A stretch of 64,000 nt of DNA from Octopus vulgaris (taxonomy: Eukaryota), in assembly GCA_951406725.2 (NCBI GenBank), contig OX597827.1:11346001-11410000 (forward strand), given 5' to 3'. Below are positions 1-13,654 of this stretch, piece after piece (within the stretch, counting starts at the first letter, position 1; each line of letters begins with the position of its first letter). A model generated the notes under the pieces. That model ran no database searches and was not told the origin of the DNA. It saw nothing but the letters and a program-made list of their open reading frames with translations. Made by a program: the position numbers and the translations under genes.

Positions 1-172
1 ACGGTCACCAACCCGAACCACCACTGTTATTATTACCAACGTCAACATTGTTACCAATATCGGATCCACCCACTTTACTACCTCTTCATCAACCATCACT
101 ACTGCCAATAGTACCATCACCACCACCATCTTCACCATCATGTCATTGTGATCGTCATCATCATTGTTGTCG

Positions 173-213
<41 letters not shown>

Positions 214-214
214 G

Positions 215-261
<47 letters not shown>

Positions 262-1317
262 TTCTTCTTCTTCTTCTTCATCGTCGTCGTCGTCATCATC
301 ATCATCATCATCATCATCATTGTCGTCGTCATCATCATTATCACCATCATCATCACTGTCATCATCGTCATTATCATCATCATCATCATCATCATCATCA
401 TTGTCGTCGTCTTCATCATCATCACCATCATCATTACTGTCATCATCGTCATTATCATCATCATCATCCTCATATCATCATCATTGTCGTCGTCATCATC
501 ATTATCACCATCATCATCACCGTCATCATCGTCGCTATCATCGCCATCGTCATCATCATCACTTGTCATCATCGTTGTCGTCATCATCATTTACCGCCAT
601 TATCATCATCCCCATTGTCATCTTCATCGCCATCATCATCATCATCATCATCATCACTACCACTACTACCATCTCCACAACTACCATTCACCACCGCCAC
701 CACTACCACCACAACCATTGCTTTCAGTATCTTTACCACAGTCACCACAACCCCCCATAAATTATCAATCACCACGCCCTCTACCACCACCACCACCACC
801 ACCACCACCACCATCTGCCAAAACAATTACCACTGATATCACTACAGCCCTTACCATCATCAGCACCACCACAGCTATCACAACCCCACTCCCACCACCA
901 CTACCATCACTGCTACCACAACACCATTGCCATCAGCAATGCCATAGTAACTATCATGACCACTGTTATCTCCACCACAACCACCACCACTACTGCTGCT
1001 GTTACCGCCTCTGCCACTGCCACCTTCACCATCAGTACCACCACCTCCAAACCACTACTGCTGCCATTGTCATTATCATCATTTTCATCAACATCATGAC
1101 GACCATTGACATCATCATCATCATCATCATCACAACCACCACCACCACCACCACCACCATCACCATCATCATCACCACCATCATCATCATTATCCCCACC
1201 ATCATCATCATCACCACCGTCATCATCACCACCTTCATCATCATTATCCCCACCATCATCATCATCATCATCATTGTCATTATCATCATCATCATCATCA
1301 TCATCATCACTAGCATT

Positions 1318-1349
<32 letters not shown>

Positions 1350-1430
1350 TGTCATCATTGTCATCATTGTCATCATTGTCATCGTCATCATCATCACCAA
1401 CATCATCATCATCAACATCAGCATCATCAC
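1..1430. repeat. Degenerate (CAT)n/(CAC)n trinucleotide microsatellite field
   Basis: Long catcatcat and caccaccac runs. The overlapping ORFs are poly-H/I/S/M/D homopolymers. Confidence 0.95.
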
Positions 1431-1473
1431 TTATGTTTGTTTTATTGCATACTCTTTTCTGAAACGAATGAAA

Positions 1474-1517
<44 letters not shown>

Positions 1518-1577
1518 GTTTTACTTTAATTATAACAGATAAGACTTATTTAAGTAAAGTTCATTAGTAATGTGTTT

Positions 1578-1615
<38 letters not shown>

Positions 1616-1867
1616 ATTTTTATGTAGCTTTTGTATTGTTTTATTCTAATTTACATTATACCAATTTGTTTATTTGTTTTCTTTTTGGATACTGCTCCAC
1701 CCCTTGGAAACATTTGAAGGTGTCATGATAATCAACTTCTTCAACATGACTATCACCTCCACCCTTCGCATCATAGCTACCAACATGAACCAGCAATGGA
1801 GTCTCTGCTTCCTTGTCTATCTTGCAACTAACAACAACTAAATTGTCTTGAATTCTTGAATCATACC

Positions 1868-2286
1868 TATTTCTTTACTACCTACCCCAAGGGGCTAAAC
1901 ACAGAGGGGACAAACAAGGACAGACACATCGATTAAGTCGATTACATCGACCCCAGTGCGTAACTGGTACTTAATTTATCGACCCCGAAAGGATGAAAAG
2001 CAAAGTTGACCTCGGCAGAATTTGAACTCAGAACATAGCGTTGGGCGAAATACCTATTTCTTTACTGCCCACAAGGGGCTACACACAAAGAGGACAAACA
2101 AGGACAGAAAAATGGATTAAGTCGATTACATCGACCCCAGTGCGTAACTGGTACGTAATTTATCAACCCCGAAATGATGAAAGGCAAAGTCGACCTCGGC
2201 GGAATTTGAACTCAGAACGTAACGGCAGACGAAATATGGCTACGCATTTCACCAGGCCTGCTAACGATTCTGCCAGCTTGCCACCC
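1868..2286 (-). mobile_element. SINE family B (tRNA-like head), head plus two body units
   Basis: Reverse complement reads ggcaagctggcagaatcgttagc...gagttcaaattcc (B-box-like)...gcctttcatcatttcggggttgataaa...aaagaaata, with the body unit repeated. TSD ttcttgaatc(a/t)tacc at 1853-1867 and 2287-2301. Confidence 0.85.
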
Positions 2287-2449
2287 TTCTTGAATCTTAC
2301 CTTATTGTTGCAAGAGCAGGATGCATTGGGTAATGTCATTCAGGGTTACACAATACTTGGAAAATAAGACAGGTTGGTCACATTTGGAATATCTGGTGTC
2401 CTTAATAGTAGGTCCTCTCGTGTCGGGGAGTGAGTAGGATAGTGTATAC

Positions 2450-2824
2450 CAGCAACAACATTGTTGATAATGTTGTCGTCATCACCAGCATTGTCATCGC
2501 CGTCATCGTCATTGCCATCAGCTTTGTCATCGTCATCATTGTCAGCATCATCATCGTTGTTGTTGCCATCGTTATTGTTGTCGTAATCGTCATTATCATC
2601 ATCATCACTACAACCACCACCACTACCGCTACCATGATGATGATCATCATCATCATTGTTGTCATCACCATCATCATAATCATCATCATTATCATCATCA
2701 TCATTATCATCATCATCATCACCATCATTATCAACACCATCATCATCATCAATTCACCATCATCATCATCATCATCATTACCATCACCATCATCATCATC
2801 ATAATCACCATCATCATCATTGCT

Positions 2825-2912
<88 letters not shown>

Positions 2913-3215
2913 CATCATTATCGTTACCATCATCATCATCATCAAGTTGCTATCATCATTATCATTATCACCATCAACATCAACACCATCATCAACAACA
3001 CCATCATCATCATCAATTCATTATCATCAATTCATCATCATCATTATCATTATCATCATCATTAAAATCCACATCATCATCATCGTTGTTGTAATCATTG
3101 ATGTCGTGAGCAAGATAATCTTTCATATAGTCAACGTCATCATCATCATCACCATCATCACCATCACCATCACCATTAATACGCCCACTACCACCACCAC
3201 CATCATCACCATTAG
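2450..3215. repeat. (CAT)n degenerate microsatellite
   Basis: Near-perfect (CAT)n at about 2825-2910 within degenerate flanks. Confidence 0.9.
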
Positions 3216-4106
3216 CTGCATCCGCTCACCTTCAGAATCTTCGTTATCTCATTAAGGTGGTGCGGAGGTAAAAAAAAAGTGTGTAAATCAAACCCTTTCC
3301 GAATAAATGATAAAACAAAATAAAATTAAATTAAATATAATAAAATAAAATATAATAAAATAAAATAAAATATAATAAGATGCAATAAAAAAAATTTAAA
3401 AAAGACAAATAAAAAAGTAAATAGAATGTGATAGGAATCCCCTCTATAAGGGTTATAGGAGCTTCATCTTCTCCCAGGAATTAGTGATGTAAATTTGACA
3501 AGCAATCAAAAAAGGGGAAAAAAATCTCTCTTCAGTATTCATTCCAGATAAAACGATTCAAGGTTCAGGCAACCATCAAACATTGGCATTATGATCCTCA
3601 TTGTCATCATCATCATCATGATCGCGATCGTCATCATCAGCATCATCATCATCATCGGTATCACCGTCGTTGTCGTCGTCATCATTGTCATTATCCTTAT
3701 CGCTGTCTTTGTCATCATCATCATCATCATCATCGTTTTCTTCATTATCATCATCATCATCAGCAGCAGCAGCAGCAACAGCAAAACATTAACAACATCA
3801 AAATTATAATTTTCATCATCATCATCCTCATTCTTATTGTTATCCTCTTCTTCAATGTCATCACCATCCTCATCCTCATCATCGTCATCATCTTGTCATT
3901 TTCAATATCATATCATTATCATCATCAACATTATCATTTCTGTAGTCCTCGTCCTCCTCCACCTCCTCCTCCTCAGCATCATCATCATCACCTTCATCTT
4001 TGTCCTTGTCCTAATCTTTGACTAGGATGGATTCTACTCTAATTCCAATGGAGATTATTCCATTTGCTAGATCAACTGAACTGCCAATTTTTTGTTTTCT
4101 TTAGAG

Positions 4107-4532
4107 CCGTCATCATTATGACCATCATCATTATGACCGTCATCATTAAGACCATCATCATTATGACCGTTATCTTTATGACCATCATCATTATGACCGT
4201 TATCTTTATGACCTTTATGTTTATGACCGTCATCATTATGACCGTCATCATTAAGACCATCATCATTATGACCATTATCTTTATGACCATCATCATTATG
4301 ACCATCATCATTATGACCATCATCATTATGACCGTCATCATTAAGACCATCGTCATCATGACCGTTATCTTTATGACCATCATCATTATGACCGTTATCT
4401 TTATGACCTTTATGTTTATGACCGTCATCATTATGACCGTCATCATTAAGACTGTCATCATTATGACCGTCATCATTATGACCATCATCATTATGACCAT
4501 CATCATTATGACCGTCGTCATTATGACCGTCG
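4107..4532. repeat. 15-bp minisatellite (catcattatgacc[a/g]t) with a 195-bp higher-order duplication
   Basis: About 28 tandem 15-mers. The diagnostic variant acctttatgtttatg occurs at 4211 and 4406. Confidence 0.9.
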
Positions 4533-4544
4533 TCAACATCATTT

Positions 4545-5099
4545 TCATTACTGTTATTATCATCATCATCACCATCATCATCGCCATTGTAACCAGGATC
4601 ATGATCATCAATCATAACTGTTGCCAGTCATCGTCCTCATAGGCTTCATCATCGTCATCATTGTTCTCATCTCCACCATCATCATCATTATTATGATCAT
4701 GGTCATTATTGTCATCACCAGCATCATCATCATCGTTATTCTTAATGCCTTTCTGATCATTATTGTTATTGTTCCTCTCACCATCGACACCACAACCACT
4801 CTGTCATCATTGTCTTCATTGGCAGTATATAATTATCGTCATCAGCATAATCGTCGTTATCATCACCACCACCACCACCACCATATCATCATCTTCAGCA
4901 TCATCATCATTGTGGTCGTCGTCATTATCACCATTGACAGCTTATTCATTATCATCGTTGTCGTCATCATCATCATCATCATCGTTACTGTCATCCCCAC
5001 CATCTTCGCCATCATCATCATCATCATCATCGTCATTGTCATTGTCATCATCATCATCATCGTCCTCATCATTGCCATCACCACCACCACCACTACCAC

Positions 5100-5138
<39 letters not shown>

Positions 5139-5585
5139 TGGCATTGTCATCATCATCGTCGCTGTCATTGTCATCATTATCATCGTTCATCACCACCATC
5201 ATCATAACCATCATCACCATCATCATCATCATCATCAACAGCTTGTTCATCATCTCATCGTTGTCACCGTCGTCATCATCGTCATCATCATTATCACCAT
5301 CATCAGCAGCAGCAGCAGTAACACCATCAGCATCAATAACAACATTATCTTCTAAATCAGTATTATCAAATATTGGGGGTGGTGGTGGCGGCGGTGGTAG
5401 AGGTGGTGGTGGCGGCGGTAGTGGTGGTGTTGGTGGTGGTGGCGGCGGTGGTAGTGGTGGTGGTGGTGGTGGTGGCGGCGGCGGTAGTGGTGGCGGCGGT
5501 AGTGGTGGTGGTGGTGGTAGCGGTGGTGGTGCTCAGGAGTGGCACTGATGGCAGAGGTGGCAGCAGTGGTGGTGGTGGTGGTGGG
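4545..5585. repeat. (CAT)n degenerate field followed by a (GGT/GGC)n tract (5375-5585)
   Basis: Read directly from the sequence. Confidence 0.9.
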
Positions 5586-6074
5586 AGGAAACCCTCTTCA
5601 CTCTTTTTATTCAATGTCTCTCAGAAAAAAAATTTTCCCCATTCATGATTTTTCACGATTTTTACCTTTATTATATCTTTCATTGATTTACACCAATTTT
5701 TCTTTTTTTCCTATTTTTTTTTGTTTTGTTTGGAAACTTTCTTTTCATTTCATAAAATGACATTTTTATCTTTGTTGATGCTTTCAAATTTTCCGAAATT
5801 TTACTTTTTTTCTGTATGAGGTTTTTCTTTTTTTTTTTTTTTTTTTTTTTTTGCTTTTTGTGTATACAAAGAATGGTCAAATATTTCTATATTTGCATTT
5901 ATTCTGGAAAGTGATATACCAATAGTCAACTCTGCTGCTGTCGTTCTTCAAGTCAAAAAAACCAAACGAAGGTTACCGTAAAGGCCATCTTTGCTATTGA
6001 TTTCGTCTTATCTGAAAAATGGTTTTGCTTTGTATAGTTTGCTGTTCTTGTCATTTCTGTGTGTTTGTTGAAGT

Positions 6075-6108
6075 AGTAAATAGTAGTGGTGGTACTAGTA
6101 GTAGTTGT

Positions 6109-6145
<37 letters not shown>

Positions 6146-6219
6146 CAGCAGCAGCAGCAGTGATAGTTGCAGTGATTATAGTAGTAGTAGTGGTTGTAGT
6201 TCTAGTGGTGGTGGTGGTG

Positions 6220-6255
<36 letters not shown>

Positions 6256-6324
6256 GCAGCAGCAGCAGCAGCAGTGATAGTTGCAGTGATTATAGTAGTA
6301 GTAGTGGTTGTAGTTCTAGTGGTG

Positions 6325-6388
<64 letters not shown>

Positions 6389-6465
6389 CAGTAGTAATAG
6401 CAGCAGTGATAGTTGCAGTGATTATAGTCGTAGTAGTGGTTGTAGTTCTAGTGGTGGTGGTGGTG

Positions 6466-6508
<43 letters not shown>

Positions 6509-6650
6509 CAGCAGCAGCAGCAGTGATAGTTGCAGTGATTATAGTAGTAGTAGTGGTTGTAGTTCTAGTGGTGGTGGTGGTGGTAGTAGCAGTGATAGTT
6601 GTAGTGATCGTAGTAGTAGTAGTAGCTGTAGTTCTAGTGATGGTAGTAGC

Positions 6651-6700
<50 letters not shown>

Positions 6701-6742
6701 CAGCAGCAGCAGCAGTGATAGTTGCAGTGATTATAGTAGTAT
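6075..6742. repeat. Compound (AGT/AGC/GGT)n array with a 110-130 bp higher-order unit
   Basis: The motif gcagtgatagttgcagtgattatag recurs five times, plus one variant copy, separated by variable-length triplet runs. Confidence 0.9.
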
Positions 6743-6920
6743 AAGCCCTAGACCATCACCTAATCACCCTTACCCATCTTGTTGCTTAACAACAACAACA
6801 ACAACAACAATCATGATCTTATGACCACGAGCTGATTACCCTAACCACTAAGCCACTCACCATTACAACATCTTATATAGAAATAAAGAAAACGCAAAGG
6901 CCGTATTGGTTTGCTTTCCA

Positions 6921-7166
6921 TTCTTTCTTATATTCTTTTTCTTGTTTCAGTCATTTGACTGTGGCCATACTGGAGCACTGCCTTTAGTTGAGCAAATTGA
7001 TCCCCAGGAATTATTCTTTGTAAGCCTAGTATTTTACTTATTCTATTGGTCTCTTTTGCCGAACTGCTAAGGTACAGGAACATAAACACACCACCTTGGT
7101 TGTCAAGTGATGGTGGTGGTGGGGGAACAAACACAGACACACAAACATATGCACACACACACACAG

Positions 7167-7220
<54 letters not shown>

Positions 7221-7375
7221 GACTTCTTTCAGTTTCCGTTTACCAAATTCACTCACAAGGCTTTGGTCGGCCCGTGGCTACAGTAGAAGACACTTGCCCA
7301 AGGTGTCACACAGTGGGACTGAACCCAGAACCATGTGGTTGGTAAGTAAGCTACTTACCACAGAGCCACTCCTGC
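6921..7375 (-). mobile_element. SINE family A (tRNA-like head, CORE-like ccttgggcaagtg, internal (TA)n/(TG)n, CR1-like tail)
   Basis: Reverse complement of the full-length copy at 8341-8755. Confidence 0.9.
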
Positions 7376-7553
7376 ACTTATACATTGTCTAAGATTCCCA
7401 ATGTTTGAAGTAAATAATCAGAGAGAATAGGATTGGATGGGATGGTCATGGTGGGAAGACTTTTGACCATAGGTCTGCTCCAACTATGGCTGAACTGAGG
7501 GTTATGCAATAACTACCACAATAACAATAATGATTGCTGCAGTAACAATAATG

Positions 7554-7594
<41 letters not shown>

Positions 7595-7794
7595 AACCAC
7601 CACCACTTGACAATTCCAAAATTAGCTCATTGCATAATGAGGAAAAATTAGCTGCTCTTTCTGCAAAGCTCTCCCTCATGTAGTTTGGTGTTCTTGGCAA
7701 TCTTGTTAATATTGTAACTTTTACTGCAGGAGCTACTGTTGTTGTTGTTGTTGTTATTGTTATTGTTGCTGTTGTTGTTGTTACTGTTATAAAA

Positions 7795-8325
7795 TATATA
7801 CATATAAGCTACTGGGAAAGACTCAAGAGATTAAGACTCTATTCTTTAGAGCGTAGGCGAGAAAGATATGCCATAATATACATCTGGAAGATCCTAGAAG
7901 GACTTGTCCCAAACTTTGGTATTGAGAGTTACACAAATGCCAGAACTGGGCGCCACTGCATAGTGCCAAGGACTCCAAATTTGTCATGAAGATGTAGGAC
8001 GAGATACTGTGATAGCCTGGGCTTCCAAGGCCCACAGCTCTTCAATATCCTCCCGAAGAACTTAAGAGACCTGCATGGGGTGGATGCAGATGTCTTTAAA
8101 ATAAAATCAGATCTCTTCTTGTCGGGTGTCCCAGATGAACCAACTTCACGGCAGGAGGTGCAGATGAGGGCAGCTGCATCGAATTCTCTCATGCACCAAA
8201 TGGCAGTTGCTAAAAAGCATTTGTGAAGTAAAATCATATAGCAACACCAAATGGCGGTGCCCCAGCATGGCCACAGCTTGTGAGCTGAAACTAGATAAAA
8301 ATAAAAAATTAAAAAAATAAAAATA
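7795..8325 (+). mobile_element. CR1-like LINE 3' fragment (ORF2 C-terminus and 3' tail), decayed
   Basis: Translates HISYWERLKRLRLYSLERRRERYAIIYIWKILEGLVPN...GPQLFNILPKNLRD...FKIKSDLFLSGVPDEP with one internal stop. This matches the CR1-group ORF2 C-terminal pattern (Y.ERL..L.L.SLE.RR). It ends in a hairpin and an A-rich tail. Confidence 0.8.
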
Positions 8326-8340
8326 TATATATTTTTATAT

Positions 8341-8753
8341 AGGAGTGGCTGTGTGGTAAGTAGCTTGCTTACAAGCCACATTGGTTCCGGGTTCAGTCCC
8401 AATGTGTGACATGTTGGGCAAGTGTCTTCTACTATAGCCTCGGGCTGACCAAAGCCTTGTGAGTGGATTTGGTAGACGGAAACTGAAAGAAGCCCATCGT
8501 ATATATGTATATATATATATATATATATATGTGTGTATGTTTGTGTGTCTGTGTTTGACCCCCTAGCATTGCTTAACAACCGATGCTGGTGTGTGTTTAC
8601 GTCCCCGTTACTTAGCGGTTTGGCAAAAAGAGACCGATAGAATAAGTAGTGGGCTTACAAAAAGAATAAGTCCCTGGGTCGATTTGCTCATCTAAAGGCG
8701 GTGCTCCAGCATGGCCGCAGTCAAATGACTGAAACAAGTAAAAGAGTAAAGAG

Positions 8754-8755
<2 letters not shown>
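8341..8755 (+). mobile_element. SINE family A, full length
   Basis: Head aggagtggctgtgtggtaag (A-box-like) and gggttcagtccc (B-box-like), then ttgggcaagtgtctt, internal (TA)n, and tail ggcggtgctccagcatggccgcagtcaaatgactgaaacaagtaaaagagtaaagag. More than 12 related copies occur in the window. Confidence 0.92.
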
Positions 8756-8787
<32 letters not shown>

Positions 8788-9140
8788 TGAAGATTCCTTC
8801 ATAGGTCTTTGAATATCCATTGTTTGTGCTTCTTTCGAAAGAGCATGATATTGTTGTTGAAGATGTCTGAAAGAAATAAGAGTGGGGAAACATTTGTAAA
8901 GAGCACATCATCTGAAGCTTTCTAAGAAGTGAGAAATCTCTCCCTTTCTTCCTCTCTTCCTCACTTACTCTTCTTCACTCACTCACTCTCTTTCTTTCTT
9001 TCTTCCTTTCTTTCTTTCTAGTTTGGATGATGAATGAAGAAAAAAAGCTGTCCATCAACAATCATGTCAGTCTCATTCAGCTATGTTATATCCTCTTTAT
9101 TTACACAGATTTTCGTTTGGTTATTTTATCTACCATTTCC

Positions 9141-9171
<31 letters not shown>

Positions 9172-9607
9172 CCCTACCCCTTTCTCTCTCTTGCTCTCCT
9201 TTTTTTCTTTCTCCCACAAGCATACAAGCATATATATACCGAATGATACAGAGTTGCACTCAAATATATTTATAACAAAATGCCTATACATATGCAACAC
9301 TCAAACACACACAAACAAACAAACAACAAACGCACGAAAAAAAAAAACCCATGAAAAACGAAAAAGTAAAAAAGAAACGCAAATATCAAATTATATTAAA
9401 AGAAAAATGGCAAGAAGTAAAACAAAACAAAAACCTCAACATAGAAGAGACACAGAGACAGACAGATAGCCTGAATATGGTTTCTTGGTATCTTGCAATA
9501 TACAAACAAAAATGTGCTTTCCATTCAAATATTTAAAAAGAAACTGGCAGTGTCTTACAGACTCACTCACACACACTCTTGCAGGCACACTAGCACACAC
9601 ACACACT

Positions 9608-9640
<33 letters not shown>

Positions 9641-9737
9641 AACACTGTAGACTATGAACATACAAGATATATATATATATGTTTATATATGTATATATAT
9701 GAATATATATCTATATATGTACTTATATATATGTGTG

Positions 9738-9770
<33 letters not shown>

Positions 9771-10081
9771 ATGTGAGTATGCAAAGTGAAAGAGAGGGGG
9801 GAGGAGAGAGGTGGAGAGAGGTAGTGAGAGGAGGGGGTGGGGGTGGAGAGAGAAGCAAGTCTAAAAGCTCGACAAAAACAGCACATTAAAGTGTCATATG
9901 TTATGGAAAACATATCGGCAAGCAAATAAGCAAATAACTTCTGTGATGGCAAAAAGAAGGAGAAGAAGAACAACAACAAGAACAACAACAACAAAAAGCA
10001 AAAAAAAACAAAAACAAAAAAAAAACGAAAAGGAAAAGGAAAACAAACAAACAAAAACAAAAACAATAAACAAAACTAAAC

Positions 10082-10114
<33 letters not shown>

Positions 10115-10582
10115 TATACAAATATATAAAAGGCAAAACAAATACAAAGAATAGAGAACAGTAACAGAAACAGAAACAGAAACAGAAAATATGAAGAAAT
10201 AACAAACACCAAGAAAAAAATAAATAAATAAATGAATAAAAATATATAAAAAAAAAAGAAGTATATTTCCTGCTTTTATTGATTTTTTTTTTTCTGTTCA
10301 CATCTAGCTTATTAAAGCTAAAGAAAAATGTCATTTACTTACAAAATAACATGCCAGCTGTGAATATAAGTATATGCAAATGTTTCCTGATTATAGAATA
10401 GATGCTTATTGATTTTGTAGGTCCATGGAACACACCACCATAGCTTGGAAATTTCTCTTCTTTCTCTCTCTTGCTACTAGTGCTGCTGTTGCTGATGATG
10501 CTGCTGCTGCTGCTGCTGCTGCTACTCTTCTCTTTCAGTTTCTTGTTGTAGCGACTCTTCCTTACACACACAAACACACACG

Positions 10583-11135
10583 TATACACATACGTTCATA
10601 ATAACACACACACACACACACACATATATACACACACACACAAATATACACATAAGCACATAAGTACACACACACAAACACTTATACACATACAAACACA
10701 CACATATACACATACGTTCATAATAACACACACACACACACACATACACATATACACATAAGTACATAAGTACACACACACAAACACTTATACACATACA
10801 AACACACACTTATACACATACATTCATAATAACACACACATACACACACACACACATATACACATATGCACATAAGTACACACACACAAACACTTATACA
10901 CATACATTCATAATAACACACACACACATATACACATATGCACATAAGTACACACACACACAAACACTTATACACATACGTTCATAATAACACACACACG
11001 CACACACACACACACACATATACACATATGCACATAAGTACACACACAAACAAACACTTATACACATACATTCATAATAACACACACACACACACACACA
11101 CACAAATATACATATAAGCACATAAGTACACACTC
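10583..11135. repeat. Minisatellite of 75-120 bp units built on (CA)n
   Basis: Six repeats of catac(g/a)ttcataataacacac...cataagtacacac. Confidence 0.85.
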
Positions 11136-11466
11136 ACAGGCAAACATATAATGCCACTGCCACCACCTACACCGCCAACCCTACCACAATCACACATTAA
11201 TGTTTATTTCTATTTATATATCTTCTCTTTTCCTGCCCTCTCCATTACTCTCTTACTGTGTTTCATTCTTTCTTTTGCCCTCCCTCTGTCTGTCTATCTT
11301 TCTCTCTTATTCTCTCTCTCCCACGTTCTTTTTCTCCTCTATCTATCTATTTATCTATCTATCTAACTTCTCCCCCACCCTCTCTCTCTCTCTTTCTGAT
11401 AGCTGTAATTGTTAGTGTTTGTTCTTAGAAGTTGGAGCTTCAACTTCTTGCAATGACTTTTTCATA

Positions 11467-11578
<112 letters not shown>

Positions 11579-12129
11579 GTTGATAGACAGATAAATACAT
11601 GCCTCACTATCTACTTTCACTTTCACATTACACACTCATGTGCGCACACACACTCAAACATATATGTGTGTGTATATATACATATATATATACACATATA
11701 CACACACATATATTTACACATGTATCCCTCTCTTTTCTCTCTCTCTCTTTCTCTTCTCTCTCTTTTCTCTCTCTCTCTCTCTCTCTGTCTTCTATACTTC
11801 TCTCTTGCTCACTTCTTCCCTAATGGCTGTTATTATTCTTGTTGCTATTGAACCTTCATCTAAGTGTAGATTCAACACCTATGATCAAAAACATTCTAGC
11901 TAAGACCATCCCATCTTTATTTAAAATATTATGGGTGTTCATAATTTTGTAATAATTGGTTGTTGACTTAAGGGAGATTTGGCAAGTATTTCTAGCTTTA
12001 CACTGACCACATTGAGACACCCTGGTGTTGTTATTTGCAGTTTTGCTGTTGTTGTGGTTGTTGTTGGGTGTTGTTGTTGTTGTTGTTGTTGCTGTTCTAC
12101 TCTTCTTTTCTATCAGTGATCAACACTAC

Positions 12130-12377
12130 CCCAAAAAATAATGTCACTGCCATTATCACCACCACCACCACCACCACCACCACCACCACCACCAACTTAA
12201 TCATCACATTCACTATTACCATAGCTGTCACAGCCTGCTGCCACCAGCTCCACTGTTAGTGCCACTGCTGTCAGTGCCATAACCACCACCACCACCACCA
12301 CCACTACCACAACAACAATAACAACAACACCAACAACATAGGCACCCATCATCACAACCATCGCCTGTACCACAATC

Positions 12378-12430
<53 letters not shown>

Positions 12431-12965
12431 GTTGACCAGCACAACCAAACTGAACTACCCTCGACACCACCATCATCGTCACCACCACAACCACCGCCAC
12501 CATCTCCCATCGCCACCATCATCTCTGTCACCACTACCATAATCACCACCATCCCAAATACTCACCAGCATTATCATCACCATCACCACCACTACTGACA
12601 TCACCATCATCATCATCTTCATCATCATCATCGTCGTCGTCATCGTCGTCACTATTATCACTATCTTTTGTATCACCATTATCACTGTAATCACCGCATT
12701 AACCACTACCACCACCACCATCAGCGCCACCACCGCCGCGACCACCACCACCATCCCCATCACAACAACCACCACTACCACAACCACCACAATCATCTTA
12801 ACCACCATCTCTACGACCAACAAAATCATCACCACTGCCATTCACCCACAATTGTTTTAACCACCGGCATCACCTTCACCACCAGCACTACCACTGCTGG
12901 TACTGGCACCCACCATCACAACCACCACCACCACCACCACCACTACCACCAGCACTATCATCACC
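12130..12965. repeat. (CAC/CAT)n degenerate microsatellite
   Basis: Read directly from the sequence. Confidence 0.85.
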
Positions 12966-13174
12966 CTGCTACTATAATCAACTCTTTCGAACATTGTCAC
13001 TACACAACCATCTCGCTGTACCATGTAATTTTAAGGCAAAGAGGTATATATATATGGGGGGGGGGGAGAAGGAAGAGGATGAGACGAACTGTGGGAGATC
13101 TTTCAACAATAATATTGCAACACCATAAATAAACAAGAAACAGAATAGAAAAAGACAAAAATGAAATAGACTTT

Positions 13175-13284
13175 AAACACACACACAGACAGACAGATAC
13201 ACACACACACACAATATATATATATATATGCATATATGTTTATAAGTACATATGTATGTTAATGTGTTTGTGTATATACATATC

Positions 13285-13325
<41 letters not shown>

Positions 13326-13486
13326 GCATGTGTGTAAATATATATAATACATATATATATGTGTTTATATGTATATACATATACATACATATATAATATG
13401 TATATGTATACATATATATATATGAATATATGTTGATATGTATATGTATACATATATATATGTATATATATATGTGTATATACATA

Positions 13487-13550
<64 letters not shown>

Positions 13551-13623
13551 TATATATACATATATACATGCAGACACACATACCATTGCAAAGAGAAGGA
13601 AAATAAAAAAGACAAAAACAATG

Positions 13624-13654
<31 letters not shown>

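Noticed and set aside
4107-4532. CRISPR-like regular array (also 6075-6742 and 10583-11135)
   Set aside because: There are no unique spacers and no cas genes, and the context is eukaryotic. These are tandem minisatellites.
48-6824. Long ORFs of up to 464 aa rich in H, I, S, M, D, V or G
   Set aside because: They are translations of triplet microsatellites that lack stops in several frames on both strands, with no domain content.
7620-7655. Palindrome ctcattgcataatgag with aattagct repeats (transcription-factor-site-like)
   Set aside because: Short motifs are expected by chance in AT-rich DNA, and no conservation data are available.
7929-8579. 216-aa minus-strand ORF and similar recurring peptides (DGLLSVSVYQIHSQG...)
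   Set aside because: They are antisense translations of SINE A (here plus LINE sequence), which recur with every SINE A copy.
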